From contig MNCI01001539.1 of the NCBI GenBank assembly GCA_015680685.1, forward strand, positions 6,917 to 70,916: 64,000 bases of DNA, written 5' to 3'. Positions 26,724 to 37,308 of this stretch are shown piece after piece. Source of the DNA: Gnetum montanum. Taxonomy: Eukaryota > Plantae > Gnetophyta. The stretch's first letter is position 1. Every line of letters starts with the position of its first letter. A program made the translations under genes and the position numbers. The notes beneath the pieces were generated by a model. That model searched no databases. It was not told the origin of the DNA and saw only the letters and a list, made by a program, of their open reading frames with translations.

Positions 26724-28001
26724 TCAAGTTTTAAGCTTAGGTATAATAGGTTTAAGTTTTTGTAAGTCATCAAATAAATTTTCTCTAGTTGCTATTTTAA
26801 GAGAAATATTATTTGAAAAATATGGCATCCTATGATATAGCTTCTTCATTAATTTAAGAGACTTTAAAACATTAATCACTAAATTTACCATTGGAAAATA
26901 AACATTCATAAACATGATTATCATCATCAAAACTTGGAAAAAAAGGATATTATCTAGAATAGAATAAGAGTTAACCTTTTTAATAATAATTTCAAAATCC
27001 CAAGCATTGTGTCTAAAAGAGACATCTAAAGTAATGGCCCATTGAGCTAATACATCAAGAGCATAATTTTCTTTTCTAGGGACATGTTCAATGTGTATAT
27101 CATCAAAATTTGGCTCATCTACTAATGTTTTAATGGTTAGAACCTCATTTATATCTTTGTCCTTTCGTAATGGTGATGGATCATCCAAAAGAATTGTTTT
27201 TCCATCGTGTTGATAATAAGGCAAGGCATCTTCATAAATTTCTGCACATTCTCTAAAACCAAAAGGATTTATCTCTAAGATTTCACTCTCATGGTCATTT
27301 ATAACATGTTCATCAAGCCCAACTTCAATAACTCCAATATAAAGATTAGTATTTTGATTTTCCAAATATTGATTTTGTTGATCAAAATTTGTTACCACTT
27401 GTTTATAGAAAGGCTTTTTTGGCATGACCATATATTCAAATTTTCTTTTAATAGGAATTAATAATTCTGAAAAATCTAACCTAAAGAAGCCTCCAAACTT
27501 GGCTCCAAAAGTCCTAGATAAAGGCACACCATAAGTGATTGACATATCAACTACTAAAATATCTATATAACATGTAAAAGTAGGGTATTGTTTAAGTTGT
27601 ACTTTTACTCTCTTTAATGATCCTACCATAGGTACATTACATCCATCAAGTTGTATCACACTTTTTGGTTGTGATAGCATTTGTGCTCCTAACATTTTAC
27701 ACACTTCTAAGGGCATGACACTAATAGTTACGTCAAAATCCATTAACCAATTATGAACATTCTTTTCTAACATGATTAAAGTTGTTAGGAAGGAAGGTTG
27801 GTCTTTCTTTTTTAACACGTAATTACTTGAATTTTGTATTACTAATGCATTATGACTTTTTGTGAAATGAACTTGCCTTTCAGTTGCCAAAGGATTTTCT
27901 TTATTGGTTTTAGGTGTATGAACTATCTTTTGAATCACATCTTTCATTTCATTAAAATGTAGAAGATCATAAATTGAAATGTTGGCTTTAACAATTTTCA
28001 A
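26724..28001 (-). CDS. Retroelement aspartic-protease-like domain joined in frame to the C-terminal part of the Tat additional RNase H (425 aa open frame)
   Basis: VHNWLMDFDVTISVMP (degenerate D-S/T-G site), DILVVDMSITYGVPLSR (GxxLGR-like) and FDDIHIEHVPRKENYALDVLA (aRH HIPRxxNxxADxLA). RT is absent between them. Confidence 0.75.
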   Translation of the reverse strand: MKIVKANISIYDLLHFNEMKDVIQKIVHTPKTNKENPLATERQVHFTKSHNALVIQNSSNYVLKKKDQPSFLTTLIMLEKNVHNWLMDFDVTISVMPLEVCKMLGAQMLSQPKSVIQLDGCNVPMVGSLKRVKVQLKQYPTFTCYIDILVVDMSITYGVPLSRTFGAKFGGFFRLDFSELLIPIKRKFEYMVMPKKPFYKQVVTNFDQQNQYLENQNTNLYIGVIEVGLDEHVINDHESEILEINPFGFRECAEIYEDALPYYQHDGKTILLDDPSPLRKDKDINEVLTIKTLVDEPNFDDIHIEHVPRKENYALDVLAQWAITLDVSFRHNAWDFEIIIKKVNSYSILDNILFFQVLMMIIMFMNVYFPMVNLVINVLKSLKLMKKLYHRMPYFSNNISLKIATRENLFDDLQKLKPIIPKLKT

Positions 28002-30243
28002 ATCCTCAGCTAGATCATAAGCCTTATGTCCATCTTTGGCTTTTTGTTGAGGTGGAGTCCTTCTAAGTATAGAAGGGGAATTTGATCATTGTGGGAAATT
28101 TCCTTGGAATGATTCAATTTGATTATTTGTGTTATTTTGGTTAGGAATTCTCTTGTTGGAAAGGGTATAAGATTTTTTCCTTGTTTGTTGTTGAGTAATG
28201 TTTATATCATCGCTAAGTCTACGATAACGAGTGTTATGTGGGTTGGGATCACTTACCATGACTTGTTTAAATGAGGAAACATTTTCATTTTCTATTTGAT
28301 GAGGTATGTTCAAGACCATAATTGGGATTTTCTCATATTGTTAACTTTGGGCATTGTCATCATATAACACTAAAAATTGGGGACAAGTTCTCTCAGAATG
28401 TTGCCTAGTGTTATGAAGATGACAATAATCATCATTGAATAATGTGCTTGATTTTTCAAATTGTATAGGGACTTTATTGTTATTTCACTTTAGTTCAATT
28501 ACTTCATTAAAAAGATTTTGAAGTGAAGTTAATATTTGCATTATTTGGTTTTCTATTTGACAAGTAAATGCATTAGGATTAGATGTTCCATTTGGATTTA
28601 TGATGGATTAGATCCAAGCTTTTGATTGGTTCACTTAAATTGACATTTGGTGGTAAAAATGAAGAGGATGTGGGACCTTGAAAATAGCTACTTGTAGGTT
28701 GAGTCATTTGAAGGGAAGTGGGAGTTTGGAACAAAGTATTATTCATTTGGAAAACTTGTGATGGTAAAGGGGTAGACTATATAGGATTGTTAACATTCAT
28801 CATTCTAGATTGAGTTTGAATGCTAACTCAACAACTTTAGCCATTGCTCCTTGTATTTTCATTATGTTGGGATCGAACTTAATGGCATAGGTGAAGAATG
28901 GATCAATGGTAAAGAGGTAGAAATTAAGGATACCATTAGGTTGTAGACGCATCTCATTCACACATAAGCAAGTTGATGGAGGAATCTTAGATTGTAATCA
29001 TGGACGTTTTCCCCAAGTAGTTTTCTTAGGCTTGTGAAATTGCTTAATGCTAAGGCAAGGTTAGTGAACTTCTTGAATTCAAGTAGGAACTTATTTGTAA
29101 ATTCTTACCATGAGTTGATAGAAGCATTAAGGAGCATAAAAAACGCATTGAGTCATAAAGGCATTAGGGAGTATAAAATTTCTATTTCCATGTGTTTTCA
29201 CAAAGACCCTACATGATATTTTATTTTTAATAATGTTATGGATGCCTAGTAAGGTTTCAAAACATTGTATATGTTAGTAGACATCACTAATAGGGGCTAT
29301 GGGATCAAAGAAGAAATTTATGTTTTAAAGTGATTTCGGAATATCATGATAGTTTGTGAAGTTAAAAGGGTTGCTCATCAAGAGAGCTGGGGGTTGATTG
29401 ACAACATCCTAGTTCAAATTCTTTTAGGGATAGAACTTGAAAATTGCAAATCTCATTATTTTCTTAAGGTGAAATGACAAGTAGCTAGTTGATTAAGGAT
29501 AGGAGTAAGAGCTCTTTGTTGAGATGATCTATGGGAGATCTCACTCATAAAATGAATACTTTGAAATATGAATGCTAGAAAATTGTAAAATTAAATAAGA
29601 TAGAAAAATGTTTGAATACTATATTTTTTATTTTTATTTTAAAAAGAAAACTAAAATTGCAATATATATAAAATTTAAAAGAAAAATAGTGAAATGAAAA
29701 TTTTTAAAAAAGTAAATTTAAACAGAATGATATAATGAATGAGAACACCATCTTACCAAAGTTAGGACTAAGGTAAGAACCACCAAAATGAAGTAATCAA
29801 TAGAACTAGAAAAAAAAGATTTGGGGATATGAAAATGAAACTAAAATAGAGCAATAAAACTAAAAATAGGTGACCAATAATTGGAACCGATATCAACAAT
29901 AGTCCACTAAAGGTTTGAGTAACTGATATTAGAAAATAAAAGAGTTCAAGAATTGAAATATAGAAATTTTTAGGTAACAGAAACTGAATTTCAGAAATAA
30001 TAACTCAAAAATAAATGATTGTCACCAAAACAAAAAACTGAAATAGGAAATTTAAAGTTCAAAGAAACTAAAATAGGAAAAACAAAGATGCAGAAACTGT
30101 AAAGTGGATGACTGAAAACAAAAATGGGAAAATGAAATTTTTGGAACATGGAAACAAAAAAATAGAAATAGAATAGGAACATGAATAGAACAGAAAATGG
30201 ATATTTTTGGAAATACAAATGGGAAACAAATATTGGAAAGCAA

Positions 30244-30260
30244 CCCTCCTTCTAGCGCCA
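30244..30260 (-). promoter_or_regulatory. Primer-binding site complementary to tRNA-Asn(GUU) 3' end
   Basis: Plus strand CCCTCCTTCTAGCGCCA equals the plant tRNA-Asn 3' end plus CCA; 7 nt from the LTR. Confidence 0.85.
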
Positions 30261-30267
30261 AAAAGGG

Positions 30268-32093
30268 TGTTGATGCATAAATTTTGGACACAACAACACC
30301 TGGAAAACTTATTTAAAGAGACTATTACCTAGGGTGCCTCCTATATAGGTATGGGAACTCACAAATAGTCTCAACTAGTAGGGAAATGTAACATTTCATG
30401 ACATATAAAGATGCTAATAAGTTTAAAAATTATAACAAGGTAATATAAAAGGTAGTTCAAGATAATTTTGATAGAAAGACATCCATTTTCTTTTTAAATT
30501 TTTAACAATAAAATTTATGTATTAATAAAACATGAAATGAAAGTATGAAATAGTTGACAACTTCGACAGGATTAATCTAAGTTCTGAAGTAAAATGGGTT
30601 TTATGTTTAATCCATAGCATAGAGACCATAGTTCAATTGCAAAAATATAAAATGAAAGAATGAAATGATGACTTAGGTNGCATGGGTAGCAATTTCCATG
30701 ATAGTTTCACATGGGTGGTGGCTCCTCTTGTGCTAAAATATTCCTTATAAATTCCTTGGTAAGGATAGAAGACAAGGATAGGAATCATAAAACTAGCTAT
30801 GGTGGTGGGGTTTTCTCCAAGTGGAGTCACTATGGAAAATCCTATGATTCTCTCTTACTTTTGTTGCCTATTCAGTGGCTCTCCTAGAGGTAGTTTGGGG
30901 TAGAGCAATGGGTAGATTCAATAGTCAAAGATTACAAGCTCGTTAGAAGAGGTATGCTTCTTGTAGGCACTGGTAGGCAAGGCTACACCAAGAGTCATTC
31001 CAGCTATGCTCATTTTTTACCTAAGTCATCATTTCATTCTTTCATTTTATATTTTTGTAATTGAACTATGGTCTCTATGCTATGGATTAAACATAAAACC
31101 CATTTTACTTCAGAACTTAGATTAATCCTGTCGAAGTTGTCAACTATTTCATACTTTCATTTCATGTTTTATTAATACATAAATTTTATTGNATGCACTA
31201 TGTTGCATATGAGAAGCCATCTCACAACAGCCTAAAGCACCACCATTTTTGTTAGAGTCACAAAGGAGGCTTTGTAAGATTCCCTACAATTTTTTGTTAT
31301 AATTCCCAGTAACTCTGCTATCCCAAAACTGACCAAGTATGCTTGCATTCACACTAAAGATGGATAGGGAAAGGTGTAGATTTCCTACAACTTCTGTTTC
31401 TTTTGTGTATAAGTTACAAATTAGCCATAAATGGATCATGTGATTTTAAATTATGTAGGGAAATAGAAATTGTAGCTAAACTTTCATTGCTATGGTCGGA
31501 ATGTTTTCATTTGCATGGAAGGTGAGAAAAATGGGAAAACTTGTGGAGGAAAGGTGGCAAGGATGACCACCATAAATGGGTAGTAACAGTTACAAATCAA
31601 GAAACTCCTTGGAAGCTAAATAATCGATAGTTGTTGGTAGGGATATGGTACCATAACTGGTATTTGAGAATACCAAGTTTTAGTCACTGACATCTTAATT
31701 CTTTTGCTTTTTTTATTTTTTATTTCTATTAAGAAGGGATAATGATAGGTTGCATAGGTGATAATCTCATTGGCTTGTTAGGTAAAGGTTGGTACATAAA
31801 GTCACAATTAAGTTATCATTAAACTCCTATGTAACTTCTTTAAATTCTCTAAATTATCATGTTTCCTACCTAACTATGATTGTCAAACTAGAGAATGACT
31901 ATAGATATACTTTGTGACATCTGGTTAACATGATAATTATTGAGGAATAGAGCCATTTCTAAATTGTGACTCAAACTTGCAACCAGTTTCACTACAAGAT
32001 AATGAGCTAAAACCATAGGATTTATAACTCTTAATGGACTATAACTTATTTAAATCAAGGCCCCGTGTTGGCATGGGAGTATTGGTACCAACA
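30268..32093 (-). repeat. 5' LTR of Tat-like element (contains an inverted block between single Ns)
   Basis: Direct repeat of 23143-25137; block about 30680-31191 is reversed and flanked by N. Confidence 0.85.
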
Positions 32094-33304
32094 CAAGCAT
32101 ACTTGCTATGCTGACTTTCCTCTATTTTTAATAAATAATAAATAAAATTGTAAACTACACAAAAATTTTCAGCCAAACATGCCTGCTCTACTGACTTTCC
32201 TTCATTGTTAATAAATTATACCTTTACTATTACTTTGTTTTGAGTATCTGATCACCAATTAATATTTTGCATGTGGTTACTCTAAGTTTTCCATGGAAAA
32301 ATTTTAAGACGATCAGGTTCTATGGTTATCAGTAACTTTCTTTATCCAGAATTTGTAGGCCTTTGCCATTTGCAAAAACTTACATATTTTTCCTTGTTTG
32401 AAAAGGACTTATTTTTACTTTTACACATCTGTAGACTCTGAAGAAGAATGTTAGTGGGTTGGATTTGTTTGAACAATGGTGACTAAGTAAGCAGTAATAT
32501 GGATCTCCTGTAACACGTCTTCAAAACCTCATTAATTCTATCTAAATATCATGGTTATTCAATTATGATTTAAAGTGTTATGGATACAATTAGCTTAAGA
32601 ATTCACTACTATGAAATATTTTATAGTGCAATGTGTAGCATTGTACAAGTTTTATGAACTCAAAAATACCATGAATGTTGCAATAGTTTTATAGTACTTG
32701 CAAGTTATAATTTGGAAGAGAATAGTTATTAGAGTAAAAAAATCTTTAATATAAAATGCCTTGACTCTTTAAGGTAAAGCATCCATGGATGTCTAATGTA
32801 GATTTTATAGCATTAATTCTTTAATGTCATGCAGCTTAGTAAAATGTTAAGATAGCATTTAGTTACCTAGGTAAAGTAACTCATTACCCATGAATTAAGC
32901 CTAGATGTGATAAAACTAAGAAACATAATGGCTCATGTTCAATTGATTCCACTGAGATGTAAACAATTTCTGTAATAGAATTATTAAAATTTAATTTTGT
33001 TAAAAAATTTTTTAGTATCAATTCAATTGTTTAGAATATTATTGCTTTGGAAAGAGCTTGGGAAGTTCTAGTATCACTAGAAATCCTTATTTAAGAATGG
33101 TGTTTAGGATACCTTTTTGTATTTTCTTTTGGAGTATTCTTTTGTAACTGAAAAAATTTTAAAGGTTAGCTACACAAAAGTAGACCAAAGATTGAATTAT
33201 TGGAAACTAAAATGCCCTATACATAGTTTTCTTCTTCCAAGCATTTCTCTTAGAGATGTTGAATTTAGATCCTAAAGGGTAATTTAGATTTTGAGAGGTC
33301 ATCA

Positions 33305-33776
33305 ATGAATTGTTGTGAGGGCAACAACATAAAACATTTTGATCAATCATAGAGGCCTTGATACAAAGCAGACTTTGGCTTACCATATGTATGATCTGCT
33401 TTAGGTCAAAGGTCTTTAGGTCAAAGGTGTGAAGGTGTTTTTAGATAAAAAAAGAGTTACAGGTCTATGAAGGTTTATCAAAAGGCCATCAAGGAAGCCA
33501 TTGAATGTTCTAGAGTTCATCTTTGTATACTTTCTAGTGGATATGCAGAATCTATGTGGTGCCTCAAAGAATTGGATATGATGATGGAAAAATACAAGAT
33601 CAGTAAATCTATACTAATTTTTATCTTATACAATGTCAAGCCTTCATATGACATTTCAAGGGTGTCATCATTTAAGGCATTAAAAAGCAAACATAGAAGC
33701 ATTCTAGTGATATTGTTCAGTAATGGAGAAATTCTTTGAGAAAGATTGTAGATATTACCACCTACTAGGGAAAAGG
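33305..33776 (+). pseudogene. TIR-domain exon pseudogene (TNL/TX-type resistance gene fragment)
   Basis: LINHRGLDTKQTLAYHMYDLL..GVKVFLDKKEL..AIKEAIECSRVHLCILSSGYAESMWCLKELDMM..ILYNVKPS..*WRNSL, followed by a GTAAG donor at 33777. Stops, frameshifts and a 15-bp duplication at 33399-33428. Confidence 0.9.
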
Positions 33777-34023
33777 GTAAGTTTATGTTTGTCATTGTAG
33801 GCTTAGGTAATCTTTTTAATGTATTTTACAATAATAGTTTTTTATATTTTATTTATTTTTTAAATAAAATTTTTACTAGCTTTCATCTAATAACTAGGGC
33901 ATGACTATTACTTAAAAGCTGTTAAATTTTCTAGATACTGCTAGATGAAATCTCAATGCCTTTAGTTTCAGGTTATGTGTGACAAGACTAGGTAAATGAA
34001 CTCCACAACTTTGGTGTGCACTC

Positions 34024-34167
34024 TGGATAGCATTCTACTTAGGATTTGCCCATAATGGTGGGTGCTAAGTGAAATAGAAGTGAAGTTAAGCTTGCTGTGG
34101 ATAACATTCTACTTAGGATTTGCTCATAATGGTGGATGCTAAGTGAAATAAAAGTGAAGTTAAGCTC
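34024..34167. repeat. 74-bp tandem duplication
   Basis: TGGATAxCATTCTACTTAGGATTTGC...GTGAAGTTAAGCT at 34024 and 34098. Confidence 0.95.
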
Positions 34168-34450
34168 AATAGCATAAGACATATATGCTAAGAGAGAGTC
34201 TATACCAATATACAAATTTATTACATTTTTCTTAAGATTGGAGAGTCTAGACTAAAAATTCTAAAAATAGCATGATAGTTCAACTAGTAATTTTTTTGGC
34301 ATATAGAATTTTGATCGAGTTTTTATCTTAAAGTCTAGACATATATGACTATTATTCCTTCAATGAGTTGGTTTTGCTTTTCTTGATAGTAATTTTTTTG
34401 AAACCAACCTATTTCTTATTTATGTAGAAATCTATTTTAAATAGTATTTT

Positions 34451-35345
34451 TGTTAGAGATGTGAAGACAAAAGCTATATCTAAATTGTAATGAACTTTAC
34501 TTTTGTCTTGTTTAGTTTTAGAATTTGTAAAATATGAAAAAAAAGACTTAAGATAACTAAAACTTGTTGTAAAGAAAAAAGTGAAGACGTGTCTGAGTTA
34601 ATTATTGGTTGTCTCCATTATTGTAACCTTAGATCTGCCTATTTAAATGCATTTTTGGATGGTTATGATGAGTGAGTTGAGAGTGTGGTCTATTGTGTAA
34701 GGGTTGCATGTGTGGAAGCAACTAACTTGTGATGTTTGTAAACATTTTTGTGTATTTTTGTAGTTTTGAAAATATTGTAAAAGTTATTAGGTTGCTTTTC
34801 TATTTATCTCCCTTATTTCTCTCTCACTTCCTTCTAAATTTTTTTTTCCTATTATTATTTTTGCATTGGAAACATTTAGTAATAATGATGTTTTCACAAA
34901 GCATATAATATTTTAACAACTGGTATCAAAGTGCAAGGTTAAGTTGTGCAATGTTCATGGTTGATTGAGCTAAATGTTTATAAGTTGCTTTCCTATTTAT
35001 CTCCCTTGTTTTTCACTCACTCCATTCTACAAGTTTTTATTTCCCTTGTGTTATTTTTGTGCTATTAATATTTGTGAATAATGATTTTTATATGCACAAA
35101 AATAACATAAGAGGGAACTAAGCACTTGCAAAATGGAGTGAATGACAAACAAGGGAGATAAACAAGAAATCAACTTATGAACATTTAGCTTAGCCAATAA
35201 CAAACATTGCACAACTTAACCTTTCACTCTTATACCACTTGTTAAAAGAATATACACATTCTACAAGTTTTTATTTTTCTCTTATGTCATTTTTGTACTG
35301 GTAATATTTGCAAATAACAATTTTTGCACAAAGGGTAATTTGTTA
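34451..35345 (+). mobile_element. Short LTR (34451-34918) with iMet PBS, followed by rearranged direct and inverted copies
   Basis: TGTTAG...TTAACA, then AC and TGGTATCAAAGTG (34921). The LTR 3' part is repeated at about 34983-35090 and 35258-35345, and an inverted copy lies at about 35125-35255. Confidence 0.65.
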
Positions 35346-36419
35346 ATAATTTTCACATTTTATGCATTAAAAGAGTTAAGTGTGACTATCCATGGACTTT
35401 TGAATAGAACACTACTTAGCTTGCTTTGGTGCAATCACATGGCATGCAATGTTAATGATTACATTAGAGAATTCAAACTTTGATTTGAAAGAATCTAAGG
35501 ATGAAGTATGTAATGTCATTGATGAAGAAGTGGGAACATAGTAAAAATCAATATACTTGAAGGATCGTTGAGAAAATTCTGATTCTGCTAAGTACATGGT
35601 AATCAAGTTTAGTGCTTAGATTTCTTTTACCTTGCTTTATGCAACAAATGATTAGTAGTCATTTAACCTATAATTGTATTTTCCTTGCAAGTTGTTGCAT
35701 GAATGGTAGAAGAGGTACAAATTTGAACATCAATGGATTATAAGCATATAATTGTAAAGCATATCTAGAATCATTAGTCTCCCATTAATAACATATGAAA
35801 AGATGTAAAGTTATTAATAAAGAGACATAATGGTTCGTGAATAGTTGTGACTTCTTATGAAAGATATAAGTCATAGATTGAACCGCTCCGATTCAATCAT
35901 CATAGTATACCATATGAACAATAAGTATGACTTAGGGAATGAAAAAGAGATTAATAATGAAGAAGAAAAAGAAAAAGAAAAGGTATAAACCAAAGTTCTA
36001 TGACATTGATCCTTGCAAAAATAGCTGGTGAGGTCATAAGTCTAATTAAAGTGGACTCATTGTGAAATAATTATTACCAAGATTTACTTTTTAGGAAGGT
36101 AACCTTACTAGGATTGGGAATAATTTGGTTGAAGTACCTTCTTATGAATCCTAATATGGTCAGATTTGGACATGAAGGTCCAAGAAGAAAGAAATAGTGA
36201 GATATTGGTACCTATAAATACAAATTAGAAGCTACTAACACCATACAAAGCAAATATGCTTACAAAAGCATGAATGGTGGGGTAGCATAAATGATGGAAT
36301 AACAATGGATTATGGAGAATAGATGCACATGCATATATGTCTATGAAACATCAACTAAACATGGAGTTATTATGATTAACCATCGTAATTTATGAGACAA
36401 GAATTCCTACAACATAAGA

Positions 36420-36650
36420 TCTAGTTCTTAATTTCTTATAAAAGAAGAGAAAATTTAAGTTGTATCATATGTAGCCTAGTTTAGTTTCTTAAATAAGAAG
36501 AGAATGTCCAAGTTGTGTCATACATAGCCTAGTTCAATTTCTTAAACAAGAAGAGAAGAGCCTAGTTCAATTTCTTAAACAAGAAGAGAAGATTTAACAA
36601 GTTATACATTACATGGCTTAGCTTGATTTCGTAAACAAGAAGAGAAAGTC
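36420..36650. repeat. Minisatellite, about 55/31-bp units
   Basis: CTAGTTCAATTTCTTAAACAAGAAGAGAA-like unit repeated about 5 times. Confidence 0.85.
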
Positions 36651-36815
36651 TAGAGCATTATGATACAATAAAAGACAAAAGACTTACAACATGTACTCCA
36701 TTAGCATAATGAGTAGCTACAATAATCCTAAATATAAATTATAAACAACAACTAAGTTTGACTTTAATAAGCCAAAACATAAGTTAGAAACAATCAAGAA
36801 GAAGATATTTATAAC

Positions 36816-37308
36816 TATAATGGTTCCACCTTTGAAAATACAATTAGACACTACCTAAAAGTCCCAATAGTAGTCATGTGAGATGATGGACTTAAGGTGG
36901 ACTACACCTTAACACTCAGCATCTTATTTCATAGCATAGCACACAAACCATTAGCTAATGGTTAGACATGTTAGTACCATCATAAGCATTAATTATGCAA
37001 CTAGACTAACAAGGAGTACACACACAACATATCATAACGAGTTCCCTAAAAGGACTACAATACAATCCTATGTTAATGCATCTACCCCTAGACCCAACTC
37101 CAAAGAGAGGGTTGTGGCCCCAACATTGAAGCCAAAGCTCCTCTGTATGCCTATATATCCTTATGATAAGGTTCACAAGAAATTAGGACCCATGTAGTTC
37201 TAAATGATGGTTAAAGTAGCATAGAATTCAAAGGATCTTCATGCTCCTCTAGCCTCCACTTCGAAGGAAAACAACCTTTAATCCATCTACAAGGCATGTT
37301 TTCCTATA
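36816..37308 (-). repeat. 3' LTR of chromovirus
   Basis: Direct repeat of 52563-53073; purine tract AAGTGAAGAATAG adjacent on the minus strand. Confidence 0.9.

Larger units (their letters stand above)
23143..32093 (-). mobile_element. Tat-like Ty3/gypsy element, internally deleted (non-autonomous)
   Basis: LTRs 23143-25137 and 30268-32093 (TGTTGATG...ACCAACA on +). TSD CAAAC/CAAGC. PBS TGGCGCTAGAAGGAGGG. PPT TGGGGGCTGAG at about 25138-25148. Remnants of gag, protease, aRH tail and integrase GPY tail. Confidence 0.9.

Noticed and set aside
29991-30291. Phe-rich membrane-protein-like ORFs (also 8589-8897 and 55452-55676)
   Set aside because: Compositional artefacts of T-rich UTR or repeat sequence.
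30500-31195. Near-perfect inverted repeat of about 170 bp (hairpin/miRNA-like) inside the Tat 5' LTR
   Set aside because: The reversed block is bounded by single Ns (30679 and about 31192), the arms are almost identical, and the sister LTR is colinear. It is most likely a mis-oriented contig.
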